Made by a program: the position numbers and the translations under genes
Assembly: GCF_017639005.1 (NCBI RefSeq)
Contig: NZ_CP067241.1
DNA from: Escherichia coli
GTDB taxonomy: Bacteria > Pseudomonadota > Gammaproteobacteria > Enterobacterales > Enterobacteriaceae
Direction: 5' to 3' (one strand)
Length of the DNA stretch: 32,000 bases
Notes under the pieces: model-generated
Seen by the model: only the letters and a program-made list of their open reading frames with translations
What the model was told of the DNA's origin: nothing
The model's database searches: none
Part shown: positions 16,690 to 26,435 of the stretch, piece by piece
Position numbering within the stretch: the stretch's first letter is position 1
How the letters are laid out: each line of letters begins with the position of its first letter

Positions 16690-16840
16690 ATCCTTATTTG
16701 CAGTGGTGACCCACACGAAAGATCACATACAAAGAAAAATTTGTTTATTAACAGTTCATTGCGAAACCATCTAGCCAACAAATGCTAAATTGGTTCGCAA
16801 TCAGGTACACAAATGAAAGACATTAACCTCTCACCTTCCA
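16690..16840 (-). promoter_or_regulatory. thrS leader translational operator (tRNAThr mimic)
   Basis: Minus strand GTGATCTTTCGTGTGGGTCACC (16705-16726) forms an anticodon-arm-like hairpin with CGU in the loop. A second imperfect arm-like element (GCGAACCAATTTAGCATTTGTTGGCTAGATGGTTTCGC) lies upstream. This matches the known ThrRS autoregulatory operator layout. Confidence 0.75.
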
Positions 16841-17206
16841 CCCGGTTGAACGATGTTAACACTAAAAAAAGGGAGATTGTACCTTTCCGTTTCACATTGA
16901 TTCGATTCGCAATTCGTTTGTAGTGAGTACACCAGCAAAACGCTTAAAGAACCACTGATAACATCACGGAGCGTCTGAAAGGTTTACTGCGAGCGGATTT
17001 GCAGCAGCATAAACTGAATCCAGCAAAGTTCGTTGCGTGATTTGGCGGTACTATTTAAACGATCATAAGATTAATGACGAAGTGGTCATATCACAATGAT
17101 AAAAGTGACACAATTCTTATAGCAATTTTTCGTGCACATTTCGTTCTGGCGATAATAATTAATCATCATCCTCAAAACCTCCAGACATATATAAGGCGAA
17201 AAGATT

Positions 17207-19105
17207 ATGAGTCAAAACGACATTATTATCAGAACTCATTATAAGTCTCCTCATAGAATGCACATCGATAGCGACATACCAACGCCTTCATCAGAGCCTA
17301 TTAATCAATTTGCGCGCCAACTCATCACCCTACTTGATACCTCTGACTTAAGTTCGATGCTGTCATACTGTGTTACTCAGGAATTTACCGCAAACTGTCG
17401 AAAAATATCACAAAATTGTTATTCCACTGCCCTTTTTACCATTAACTTTGCCACTTCACCCATCCATGCAGAAAATATACTCATTACATTACACTATAAA
17501 AAAGAAATCATTTCCTTACTTCTGGAAACCACGCCCATTAAAGCTAACCATTTGCGAAGCATACTGGATTATATTGAACAGGGACAGTCAACTGCCGAAA
17601 AACGTAACCATTGCATGAAGCTGTCAAAAAAAATCCATAGAGAAAAAACTATACAACCAACAGTAAATCTCAATGGTAGTGCATTTTTTTCGCAATCTCC
17701 TTCTGACGCTATTTTTTGTCGCCATCTGTCATTGCAATACGCACTTGATTCACTGAGAAATGGAAAAGGCAAAGTCAATCTGATTAAACATTACTCCTCC
17801 GTTGAATCCATACAGCAGCATGTTCCCTTAGTCCGGGACGCGGAGTTCAGATCATTACTTCGCCATCCTCCTGCAGGGAGTCGCGTTATCGCGAGTAAAG
17901 ATTTTGGCTTCGCTTTAGATATTTTCTTCTGTCGAATGATGGCAAACAATGTCAGTCATATGTCCGCGATTTTATATATAGACAATCATACTTTGTCAGT
18001 AAGGCTACGAATAAAGCAGTCAGCGTATGGGCAATTAAATTATGTTGTGTCCGTTTACGACCCGAACGATACCAACGTTGCCGTCAGAGGCACCCACAGG
18101 ACAGCACGGGGCTTTCTCTCGCTCGATAAATTCATCAGTTCAGGTCCCGATGCTCAGACCTGGGCTGATAGGTATGTTCGCAACTGTGCAATTGCTTTTC
18201 TGCCCCTATTACCTGAGGGAGTTCCAGTGGCTATTTTCGCGGGTATTGCATCACGAATGCCATTTGCCCCTATACATCCATCGGCAATGTTGTTAATAAT
18301 GGCCACAGGCCAGACTCAACAGCTTATTACATTATTCAAACAGTTACCCATACTCCCTGAAAAAGAAATCATTGAAATAATAACTGCGCAGAATAGCGTT
18401 GGTACACCTGCATTATTTTTGGCTATGATGAACGGACATACTGACAACGTGAAAATATTTATGCAAGAAATTCAGTCACTGGTAGATAATCATATCATTC
18501 ATGAAGATAATCTGGTTAAATTACTGCAAACTAAAAGTGCTAACGAAACACCTGGACTCTATATCTCCATGTTGTATGGATTCGATGAAATAATCGATAT
18601 CTTTCTGAATGCATTAACCACTCCAATAACACAAGAGCTTTTAAGCAAAAAAATGGTGATGGATATTTTAGCAATGAAAACACGTGATGGTGAGCCAGGA
18701 TTATATGCCGCAATGGAAAATAATCACCCTTTGTGTGTCACACGGTTCCTCTCTAAAGTTTATGGAATCGCTGTTAAATATAACCTCAGCAAAATTAACA
18801 TCATGGATTTATTAAAAGGCGCAACAGCACATGGAACCCCTGCTTTATACATCGCCATGAGTAAGGGTAATAAAGACGTCGTGTTATCTTATATATCAAC
18901 GCTGGGTACTTTTGCAAAAAAATATTCTTTTAGTCAATGTCAGTTATTCACATTGTTGGCCGCTAAAAATCATGACAACATGTCAGCTGTTCATATAGCC
19001 ATTCATCATAATCATTATAAAACTGTAGAAACATATTATGCTGCTATAAACGTAATCAGCCAAAGCCTGAGTTTTAGTGCTGATGAGCTAAAGACGTATT
19101 TATAA
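17207..19105 (+). CDS. arpB: Ankyrin-repeat protein ArpB, apparently intact 632-aa reading frame
   Basis: Uninterrupted [38 protein letters not shown]... with five ankyrin-like repeats ([80 protein letters not shown]); located between thrS and yniD/ydiY. Confidence 0.9.
   Translation: MSQNDIIIRTHYKSPHRMHIDSDIPTPSSEPINQFARQLITLLDTSDLSSMLSYCVTQEFTANCRKISQNCYSTALFTINFATSPIHAENILITLHYKKEIISLLLETTPIKANHLRSILDYIEQGQSTAEKRNHCMKLSKKIHREKTIQPTVNLNGSAFFSQSPSDAIFCRHLSLQYALDSLRNGKGKVNLIKHYSSVESIQQHVPLVRDAEFRSLLRHPPAGSRVIASKDFGFALDIFFCRMMANNVSHMSAILYIDNHTLSVRLRIKQSAYGQLNYVVSVYDPNDTNVAVRGTHRTARGFLSLDKFISSGPDAQTWADRYVRNCAIAFLPLLPEGVPVAIFAGIASRMPFAPIHPSAMLLIMATGQTQQLITLFKQLPILPEKEIIEIITAQNSVGTPALFLAMMNGHTDNVKIFMQEIQSLVDNHIIHEDNLVKLLQTKSANETPGLYISMLYGFDEIIDIFLNALTTPITQELLSKKMVMDILAMKTRDGEPGLYAAMENNHPLCVTRFLSKVYGIAVKYNLSKINIMDLLKGATAHGTPALYIAMSKGNKDVVLSYISTLGTFAKKYSFSQCQLFTLLAAKNHDNMSAVHIAIHHNHYKTVETYYAAINVISQSLSFSADELKTYL
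18401..19102 (+). repeat. Protein-level tandem repeat array: 144-bp/48-residue period, five units (last partial)
   Basis: Units begin at residues 399, 447, 495, 543 and 591 of ArpB, counted directly from the translation, with constant 48-residue spacing. Confidence 0.85.
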
Positions 19106-19271
19106 CCAGATATTTATATATCGATACATAATTTTATTTTTTTCATAAACCGCAAAAACAGTGATCAGGTGTACAACGCCACCCGACGGCTGTAATAACA
19201 AAAAATCCCTTGATGCCTGTCCCTTTTGTTACACTCCGTTATCACGCACAAGAGATATGCAGGACACTGGT

Positions 19272-19379
19272 ATGCCGACTAAACGCTTTGATAAAAAACA
19301 CTGGAAGATGGTGGTGGTGCTACTGGCAATCTGTGGCGCTATGTTGTTGCTACGTTGGGCAGCAATGATTTGGGGCTGA
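19272..19379 (+). CDS. yniD: Small single-span membrane protein
   Basis: 35-aa MPTKRFDKKHWKMVVVLLAICGAMLLLRWAAMIWG; the track ORF (19161) is an upstream extension. Confidence 0.8.
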   Translation: MPTKRFDKKHWKMVVVLLAICGAMLLLRWAAMIWG

Positions 19380-19398
19380 GCAGTGACAAACGAAGACA

Positions 19399-19423
19399 GC
19401 CAGACCGCATAACACGGTCCGGC
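19399..19423. terminator. Hairpin between convergent yniD and ydiY
   Basis: GCCAGACCG-CATAACA-CGGTCCGGC inverted repeat (one wobble/mismatch) in the convergent gap. Confidence 0.5.
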
Positions 19424-19431
19424 AGATAATT

Positions 19432-20190
19432 TTACATGCTGTAGCCCAGCGATAAGGTTGTCCGACGATCGGTATGTTCCGGTGCAGACTCTGGAGGTTC
19501 AGAGTTCCATGTGACGTTGTAAGCCACCTTCAGTCCAAAATGTTCATTAATAGCAACATTTAATGCGCTTTCAGAGTTCAGCGTTGTGTCTTCCGCGCCA
19601 AAGACGGAAACACCCTGCGTAAATTTAGCGTTGTCAGTCAACTGCCATGCATAAGCCCCGGAGGCATAACCCAGCGGCTGGGTTTCACTGGCATTATCGG
19701 TATATTTGTCGTAACGCACACCTGGACCGAATTCAAAGCGGAAACTGTGTACCGGGCCATTCAAAAACTGACGACCATAACCCGCGGTCAACACATCGCG
19801 CTCTCGATAGCCGTTATAACGGTCTGTCAGCCAGCTTGCCTGACCAAATAAATAGTCATAATCAGTTAAATTAAAACGGCTACGCCCGCCCGCCGCATAT
19901 TTTTCTGAAGAACGCTCATCATTAGAAGAAGTATTACTGGCGTTCCCCCACAGCGACCAGGCAGTGGTTTGTCCATACCAGGTCATGGTGGTGTCAGCCG
20001 TAAGTGAGGAGCTTTTCGTATTGCCTGATTGTGCAAGATATCCTGCGTTCAGATTACCTTCGAAAGGTTTTTTAGCGCTGGCAGGATCGTCCATGACAGT
20101 AAAAACGGAATCATCGGCAGCTGCATTCAGTGACGCAAACATGCCCCCCGCCAACATAACGATGGCAGGAACTGTCTTCAAAAGCTTCAT
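19432..20190 (-). CDS. ydiY: DUF481 family outer-membrane beta-barrel protein
   Basis: 252-aa ORF with signal peptide MKLLKTVPAIVMLAGGMFASLNAAA; alternating amphipathic strands ending in YSM. Confidence 0.92.
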   Translation of the reverse strand: MKLLKTVPAIVMLAGGMFASLNAAADDSVFTVMDDPASAKKPFEGNLNAGYLAQSGNTKSSSLTADTTMTWYGQTTAWSLWGNASNTSSNDERSSEKYAAGGRSRFNLTDYDYLFGQASWLTDRYNGYRERDVLTAGYGRQFLNGPVHSFRFEFGPGVRYDKYTDNASETQPLGYASGAYAWQLTDNAKFTQGVSVFGAEDTTLNSESALNVAINEHFGLKVAYNVTWNSEPPESAPEHTDRRTTLSLGYSM

Positions 20191-20476
20191 TTATCAAGAG
20201 TCCGTACAACAAAAAAAGAGACCTTCGCGGTCCCGGAAACTTTCTTAAGGATCAAAGATTAGCGTCCCTGGAAAGGTAACGAATTATAAAAAGGCGCGAA
20301 TAACTTAGCAATGTATTCTTATTTCATTTTTTGAATAAGCATGTGGCGAAAACAGATTTTTATTTATATATATTTATCTGCAAAATTTTAAATAAAGCTC
20401 CAATAAATCATATTGTTAATTTCTTCACTTTCCGCTGATTCGGTGCCAGACTGAAATCAGCCTATAGGAGGAAATG

Positions 20477-21406
20477 ATGGTACGTATCTATACGTTGACA
20501 CTTGCGCCCTCTCTCGATAGCGCAACAATTACCCCGCAAATTTATCCCGAAGGAAAGCTGCGCTGTACCGCACCGGTATTCGAACCCGGAGGCGGCGGCA
20601 TCAACGTCGCCCGCGCCATTGCCCATCTTGGAGGCAGTGCCACAGCGATCTTCCCGGCGGGTGGTGCGACCGGCGAACATCTGGTTTCACTGTTGGCAGA
20701 TGAAAATGTCCCCGTCGCTACTGTAGAAGCCAAAGACTGGACCCGGCAGAATTTACACGTACATGTGGAAGCAAGCGGTGAGCAGTATCGTTTTGTCATG
20801 CCAGGCGCGGCATTAAGTGAAGATGAGTTTCGCCAGCTTGAAGAGCAAGTTCTGGAAATTGAATCCGGTGCTATCCTGGTCATAAGCGGAAGCCTGCCGC
20901 CAGGTGTGAAGCTGGAAAAATTAACCCAACTGATTTCCGCTGCGCAAAAACAAGGGATTCGCTGCATCGTCGACAGTTCTGGCGAAGCGTTAAGTGCAGC
21001 ACTGGCGATTGGTAATATCGAGTTGGTTAAGCCTAACCAAAAAGAACTCAGTGCGCTAGTGAATCGCGAACTCACCCAGCCAGACGATGTCCGCAAAGCC
21101 GCGCAGGAAATCGTTAATAGCGGCAAGGCCAAACGAGTTGTCGTTTCCCTGGGTCCACAAGGGGCGTTGGGCGTTGATAGTGAAAACTGCATTCAGGTTG
21201 TGCCACCACCGGTGAAAAGCCAGAGCACCGTTGGCGCTGGTGACAGCATGGTCGGCGCGATGACACTGAAACTGGCAGAAAATGCCTCTCTTGAAGAGAT
21301 GGTCCGTTTTGGCGTAGCTGCGGGGAGTGCAGCCACACTCAATCAGGGAACACGCCTGTGCTCCCATGACGATACACAAAAAATTTACGCTTACCTTTCC
21401 CGCTAA
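20477..21406 (+). CDS. pfkB: 6-phosphofructokinase II (PfkB/ribokinase family)
   Basis: 309-aa MVRIYTLTLAPSLDSATITPQIYPEGKLRCT...; family signature STVGAGDSMVGAM. Confidence 0.97.
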   Translation: MVRIYTLTLAPSLDSATITPQIYPEGKLRCTAPVFEPGGGGINVARAIAHLGGSATAIFPAGGATGEHLVSLLADENVPVATVEAKDWTRQNLHVHVEASGEQYRFVMPGAALSEDEFRQLEEQVLEIESGAILVISGSLPPGVKLEKLTQLISAAQKQGIRCIVDSSGEALSAALAIGNIELVKPNQKELSALVNRELTQPDDVRKAAQEIVNSGKAKRVVVSLGPQGALGVDSENCIQVVPPPVKSQSTVGAGDSMVGAMTLKLAENASLEEMVRFGVAAGSAATLNQGTRLCSHDDTQKIYAYLSR

Positions 21407-21413
21407 CTGAAAC

Positions 21414-21435
21414 ATTCCCCCTGCATTGGGGGAAT
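21414..21435. terminator. Hairpin downstream of pfkB (possible terminator, no U-tract)
   Basis: ATTCCCCC-TGCATT-GGGGGAAT 8-bp stem. Confidence 0.4.
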
Positions 21436-21506
21436 CACCACCAACCTGTCGGCAACGCGTTTCTCCGACTATGCTCAAAAGTCATGTGATAACAAAGGGG
21501 TGAACT

Positions 21507-21797
21507 ATGGCCAGTGGCGATCTTGTCCGTTATGTCATAACCGTCATGTTGCACGAAGATACATTGACTGAAATTAACGAGTTGAATAATTACCTGACTC
21601 GCGACGGTTTTTTGCTCACCATGACGGATGATGATGGAAATATCCATGAGCTGGGGACTAACACTTTTGGACTTATCAGTACCCAAAGTGAAGAAGAAAT
21701 TAGAGAACTGGTTTCGGGGCTTACCCAAAGTGCAACCGGCAAAGATCCTGAAATCACCATCACGACCTGGGAGGAATGGAATAGCAACAGAAAATAA
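21507..21797 (+). CDS. ydiZ: Uncharacterised conserved protein
   Basis: 96-aa MASGDLVRYVITVMLHEDTLTEINELNNYLTRDGFLLTM... Confidence 0.88.
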   Translation: MASGDLVRYVITVMLHEDTLTEINELNNYLTRDGFLLTMTDDDGNIHELGTNTFGLISTQSEEEIRELVSGLTQSATGKDPEITITTWEEWNSNRK

Positions 21798-21902
21798 ATG
21801 GTTTTTGGGCAATAATCAGTCTGTGGTGTGCGTTAGCTCGTGTTTTTACACCGCATTCTTGCGCTAACCTTATGATCTGGCAGACAACATGGGAGAGACA
21901 TC

Positions 21903-22763
21903 ATGTGGCAGGCAATCAGTCGTCTTTTGAGCGAGCAGTTAGGTGAAGGCGAAATCGAACTGCGTAATGAACTGCCTGGCGGAGAAGTCCATGCCGCATG
22001 GCATTTGCGCTATGCAGGACATGACTTTTTCGTCAAATGTGATGAAAGGGAACTGCTTCCTGGTTTTACCGCCGAAGCTGACCAACTGGAGTTACTGTCG
22101 CGTAGTAAAACCGTCACCGTGCCTAAGGTTTGGGCAGTTGGCGCTGACCGTGACTACAGTTTTCTGGTGATGGATTATCTCCCACCTCGCCCGCTGGATG
22201 CGCATAGCGCATTTATTCTTGGTCAGCAAATTGCGCGTTTACATCAATGGAGCGACCAACCACAATTTGGCCTCGATTTCGATAACGCGCTCTCCACAAC
22301 TCCCCAGCCCAACACCTGGCAACGTCGCTGGTCAACGTTTTTTGCTGAACAACGGATTGGCTGGCAGCTGGAACTGGCGGCAGAAAAAGGGATCGCTTTC
22401 GGCAATATCGATGCCATCGTCGAGCATATTCAGCAGCGTCTGGCCTCGCATCAACCGCAGCCTTCTCTGTTGCACGGCGATTTATGGTCCGGCAACTGTG
22501 CGCTGGGTCCGGATGGCCCGTACATTTTCGACCCGGCCTGCTACTGGGGTGACCGAGAGTGCGACCTGGCGATGTTACCGCTGCATACTGAACAGCCGCC
22601 ACAAATCTATGACGGCTATCAGTCAGTATCCCCGCTACCTGCCGATTTCCTTGAACGTCAACCGGTTTACCAACTCTACACGCTGTTAAATCGTGCAAGG
22701 TTATTTGGCGGTCAGCATTTGGTTATTGCTCAGCAGTCACTGGATAGATTATTAGCAGCATAA
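21903..22763 (+). CDS. yniA: Fructosamine/ketoamine 3-kinase family protein
   Basis: 286-aa ORF with LLHGDLWSGNCA and FDPACYWGDRECDLAM kinase motifs. Confidence 0.94.
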   Translation: MWQAISRLLSEQLGEGEIELRNELPGGEVHAAWHLRYAGHDFFVKCDERELLPGFTAEADQLELLSRSKTVTVPKVWAVGADRDYSFLVMDYLPPRPLDAHSAFILGQQIARLHQWSDQPQFGLDFDNALSTTPQPNTWQRRWSTFFAEQRIGWQLELAAEKGIAFGNIDAIVEHIQQRLASHQPQPSLLHGDLWSGNCALGPDGPYIFDPACYWGDRECDLAMLPLHTEQPPQIYDGYQSVSPLPADFLERQPVYQLYTLLNRARLFGGQHLVIAQQSLDRLLAA

Positions 22764-22780
22764 TATGGGGTGAGGATAAT

Positions 22781-22801
22781 GGCCGCTCCGTGCGGCCTTT
22801 T
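22781..22801 (+). terminator. Intrinsic terminator after yniA
   Basis: GGCCGC-TCCGT-GCGGCC followed by TTTTG. Confidence 0.7.
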
Positions 22802-22803
22802 GA

Positions 22804-23340
22804 TTAAATAAACCCAAGCAGAGAAAAGAACACATAACCTGCAGCAATACAAATAAGCGGCAGGATATACAGCGAGAAAAACTGCAGGAAAATAGTATGG
22901 TGCGGAACAACAATACGTGACTCAATTTGTTCACGCGTTAGCCCCTCTTCCCCTTTGGCTTTTTCCAGAATGAGTTGATCTTCAACACCTTCCCGCAAGA
23001 AGCGCGCCTGGCGACTCATCCGGGCTCCGGAATCCTGCAACGCCAGTCCGACAAAAATCAGGATGAAAATCACCCAGAACATAACGTTCACGCCACCATT
23101 AAAATTGGGCGTCGGAGAGTTGTACCAGAACAGATTCAAAAAAGGCGTATTCGCCTGCATCATATCGATCATGACATGAGTAAAGTCGAGCATGACCGCA
23201 TTAATGCCTTCCTGGTTTTCCTGCCGGGTATTCATAAATTTCAGCAAAGAAATCAATGTAGAGATCAATGCAGGTATAAAAATCACCCAACCCAAAATCC
23301 TTTTCAAAACAGCAATGCGTCCAGCTTGTTGATACGTCAT
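22804..23340 (-). CDS. yniB: Inner membrane protein YniB
   Basis: 178-aa ORF with several hydrophobic segments; conserved position. Confidence 0.9.
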   Translation of the reverse strand: MTYQQAGRIAVLKRILGWVIFIPALISTLISLLKFMNTRQENQEGINAVMLDFTHVMIDMMQANTPFLNLFWYNSPTPNFNGGVNVMFWVIFILIFVGLALQDSGARMSRQARFLREGVEDQLILEKAKGEEGLTREQIESRIVVPHHTIFLQFFSLYILPLICIAAGYVFFSLLGFI

Positions 23341-23486
23341 GAGTTCTCCTTGATTAAGACGCGTCGTTTCACTTAGTTTACCTGTAGATATCTGTTTTCG
23401 CCCATTCTTTAAAGGCGATATGATAGGCGCTTAATCATAAGCACGGCTTAATACCTTACACATAATGCTCTAAAGGAGAGGTTGTA

Positions 23487-24155
23487 ATGTCAACCCCGCG
23501 TCAGATTCTTGCTGCAATTTTTGATATGGATGGATTACTTATCGACTCAGAACCTTTATGGGATCGAGCTGAACTGGATGTGATGGCAAGCCTGGGGGTG
23601 GATATCTCCCGTCGTAACGAGCTGCCGGACACCTTAGGTTTACGCATCGATATGGTGGTCGATCTTTGGTACGCCCGGCAACCGTGGAATGGGCCAAGCC
23701 GTCAGGAAGTAGTAGAACGGGTTATTGCCCGTGCCATTTCACTGGTTGAAGAGACACGTCCATTATTACCAGGCGTGCGCGAAGCTGTTGCGTTATGCAA
23801 AGAACAAGGTTTATTAGTGGGACTGGCCTCCGCGTCACCACTACATATGCTGGAAAAAGTGTTGACCATGTTTGACTTACGCGACAGTTTCGATGCCCTC
23901 GCCTCGGCTGAAAAACTGCCTTACAGCAAGCCGCATCCGCAAGTATATCTCGACTGCGCAGCAAAACTGGGCGTTGACCCACTGACCTGCGTGGCGCTGG
24001 AAGACTCGGTAAATGGCATGATCGCTTCTAAAGCAGCCCGCATGCGTTCCATCGTCGTTCCTGCGCCAGAAGCGCAAAATGATCCACGTTTTGTATTAGC
24101 AAACGTCAAACTCTCATCGCTGACAGAACTCACCGCAAAAGACCTTCTCGGTTAA
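23487..24155 (+). CDS. yniC: HAD-family sugar-phosphate phosphatase
   Basis: 222-aa ORF with FDMDGLLIDSEP, GLASASP, and ALEDSVNGM HAD motifs. Confidence 0.95.
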   Translation: MSTPRQILAAIFDMDGLLIDSEPLWDRAELDVMASLGVDISRRNELPDTLGLRIDMVVDLWYARQPWNGPSRQEVVERVIARAISLVEETRPLLPGVREAVALCKEQGLLVGLASASPLHMLEKVLTMFDLRDSFDALASAEKLPYSKPHPQVYLDCAAKLGVDPLTCVALEDSVNGMIASKAARMRSIVVPAPEAQNDPRFVLANVKLSSLTELTAKDLLG

Positions 24156-24157
24156 TG

Positions 24158-24187
24158 ACCAGGGGCAGTGATCACACTGCTCCTGGT
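24158..24187 (+). terminator. Intrinsic terminator-like hairpin after yniC
   Basis: ACCAGGGGCAGTG-ATCA-CACTGCTCCTGGT followed by TCTTTAT; 13-bp stem with one G-U. Confidence 0.7.
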
Positions 24188-24265
24188 TCTTTATCTGAAT
24201 TTGCATTCAACTGACGGATTAATCGTCAATTTAAGAGAAAGAGTTACACCGTCACCACTTCCGCG

Positions 24266-24303
24266 CACTGTATAAAAATCCTATACTGTACGTATCGACA
24301 GTT
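24266..24303. promoter_or_regulatory. Two adjacent LexA (SOS) boxes upstream of ydjM
   Basis: CACTGTATAAAAATCCTATA (24266-24285, weak) and TACTGTACGTATCGACAGTT (24284-24303; perfect CTGT-N8-ACAG core). Confidence 0.88.
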
Positions 24304-24317
24304 TAGTGAGTTTTATC

Positions 24318-24908
24318 ATGACGGCGGAAGGTCACCTTCTATTTTCTATTGCTTGTGCGGTATTTGCCAAAAATGCCGAGCTGACGCCCGTGCTGGCACA
24401 GGGTGACTGGTGGCATATTGTCCCTTCCGCAATCCTGACGTGTTTGTTACCGGACATCGATCACCCAAAGTCGTTTCTTGGGCAGCGATTAAAGTGGATA
24501 TCAAAACCGATCGCCCGCGCTTTTGGGCATCGTGGTTTTACCCACAGTCTGCTGGCGGTATTTGCGCTGCTGGCAACCTTTTACCTTAAGGTTCCTGAAA
24601 GCTGGTTCATTCCGGCTGATGCGCTACAAGGAATGGTGCTGGGTTATTTGAGCCACATACTTGCCGATATGCTGACCCCCGCCGGTGTTCCCCTGCTCTG
24701 GCCATGCCGCTGGCGTTTCCGCTTGCCTATCCTGGTTCCCCAAAAGGGCAACCAACTGGAACGTTTTATCTGCATGGCATTATTTGTCTGGTCGGTATGG
24801 ATGCCCCATTCATTACCCGAAAACAGCGCTGTCCGTTGGTCATCGCAAATGATCAATACCTTGCAGATCCAGTTTCATCGGCTTATTAAGCATCAGGTTG
24901 AATACTAA
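24318..24908 (+). CDS. ydjM: LexA-regulated inner membrane protein (YdjM family, metal-dependent hydrolase-like)
   Basis: 196-aa MTAEGHLLFSIACAVFAKNAELTPVLAQGDWWHIVPSAILTCLLPDIDHPKS...; SOS boxes immediately upstream. Confidence 0.92.
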   Translation: MTAEGHLLFSIACAVFAKNAELTPVLAQGDWWHIVPSAILTCLLPDIDHPKSFLGQRLKWISKPIARAFGHRGFTHSLLAVFALLATFYLKVPESWFIPADALQGMVLGYLSHILADMLTPAGVPLLWPCRWRFRLPILVPQKGNQLERFICMALFVWSVWMPHSLPENSAVRWSSQMINTLQIQFHRLIKHQVEY

Positions 24909-25040
24909 AAAGGCAAAAATCACCTTTCTGGAATAAGCAATTCCATTTGAATATAAGAGCCAGCTCACAGTTCTGTTAATCTTGCGCCAACACTATGACT
25001 GCTACGCAGTGATAGAAATAATAAGATCAGGAGAACGGGG

Positions 25041-26432
25041 ATGAACTTTCCATTAATTGCGAACATCGTGGTGTTCGTTGTACTGCTGTTTGCGCTGGCT
25101 CAGACCCGCCATAAACAGTGGAGTCTGGCGAAAAAAGTGCTGGTGGGTCTGGTGATGGGTGTGGTTTTTGGCCTTGCCCTGCATACCATTTATGGTTCTG
25201 ACAGCCAGGTACTTAAAGATTCTGTACAGTGGTTTAACATTGTTGGTAACGGCTATGTTCAACTGCTGCAAATGATCGTAATGCCGTTAGTCTTCGCCTC
25301 TATTCTGAGCGCGGTTGCCCGTCTGCATAACGCATCACAGTTAGGCAAAATCAGTTTTCTGACCATCGGAACGCTTTTGTTTACCACGCTGATTGCGGCG
25401 CTGGTCGGTGTGCTGGTCACCAACCTGTTTGGTTTGACGGCTGAAGGTCTGGTTCAGGGTGGTGCAGAAACTGCACGTTTGAACGCCATCGAAAGTAACT
25501 ATGTTGGTAAAGTCTCTGACCTGAGCGTTCCGCAGCTGGTCTTGTCCTTTATCCCGAAAAACCCGTTTGCCGATCTGACCGGAGCCAATCCGACGTCAAT
25601 TATCAGCGTGGTAATTTTTGCCGCATTCCTCGGCGTAGCTGCGCTGAAGCTGCTGAAGGATGATGCGCCGAAAGGTGAACGCGTCTTAACCGCTATCGAT
25701 ACCCTGCAAAGCTGGGTGATGAAACTGGTTCGCCTGGTCATGCAGCTGACCCCTTACGGCGTTCTGGCGCTGATGACCAAAGTGGTTGCAGGTTCTAACC
25801 TGCAAGACATCATCAAACTGGGAAGTTTCGTTGTCGCGTCCTACCTCGGTCTGCTGATTATGTTTGCAGTGCATGGCATTCTGCTGGGCATTAATGGCGT
25901 GAGCCCGCTGAAGTACTTCCGTAAGGTATGGCCAGTTCTGACGTTTGCCTTTACCAGCCGTTCCAGTGCTGCGTCTATCCCACTGAATGTGGAAGCACAA
26001 ACGCGTCGACTCGGTGTTCCTGAATCCATCGCCAGTTTCGCCGCCTCTTTCGGTGCAACCATTGGTCAGAACGGCTGTGCCGGTTTGTATCCGGCGATGC
26101 TGGCGGTGATGGTTGCGCCTACGGTTGGCATTAACCCGATGGACCCGATGTGGATTGCGACGCTGGTCGGTATTGTTACCGTTAGTTCCGCAGGCGTTGC
26201 CGGTGTCGGTGGTGGTGCAACTTTCGCCGCACTGATTGTGCTGCCTGCGATGGGCCTGCCAGTAACCCTGGTGGCGCTGTTAATCTCCGTTGAACCGCTT
26301 ATCGACATGGGCCGTACGGCGCTAAACGTTAGTGGCTCGATGACCGCTGGCACGCTGACCAGCCAGTGGCTGAAGCAAACCGATAAAGCCATTCTGGATA
26401 GCGAAGACGACGCCGAACTGGCACACCGTTAA
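25041..26432 (+). CDS. tcyP: Cystine/sulfocysteine:cation symporter (DAACS family)
   Basis: 463-aa multi-span ORF; [18 protein letters not shown] motif of dicarboxylate/amino acid:cation symporters. Confidence 0.94.
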   Translation: MNFPLIANIVVFVVLLFALAQTRHKQWSLAKKVLVGLVMGVVFGLALHTIYGSDSQVLKDSVQWFNIVGNGYVQLLQMIVMPLVFASILSAVARLHNASQLGKISFLTIGTLLFTTLIAALVGVLVTNLFGLTAEGLVQGGAETARLNAIESNYVGKVSDLSVPQLVLSFIPKNPFADLTGANPTSIISVVIFAAFLGVAALKLLKDDAPKGERVLTAIDTLQSWVMKLVRLVMQLTPYGVLALMTKVVAGSNLQDIIKLGSFVVASYLGLLIMFAVHGILLGINGVSPLKYFRKVWPVLTFAFTSRSSAASIPLNVEAQTRRLGVPESIASFAASFGATIGQNGCAGLYPAMLAVMVAPTVGINPMDPMWIATLVGIVTVSSAGVAGVGGGATFAALIVLPAMGLPVTLVALLISVEPLIDMGRTALNVSGSMTAGTLTSQWLKQTDKAILDSEDDAELAHR

Positions 26433-26435
26433 TTC

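Noticed and set aside
22198-22698. 163-aa plus and 161-aa minus ORFs within yniA
   Set aside because: Both overlap the intact yniA kinase frame in other frames; low-complexity His/Arg/Ser-rich shadow products.
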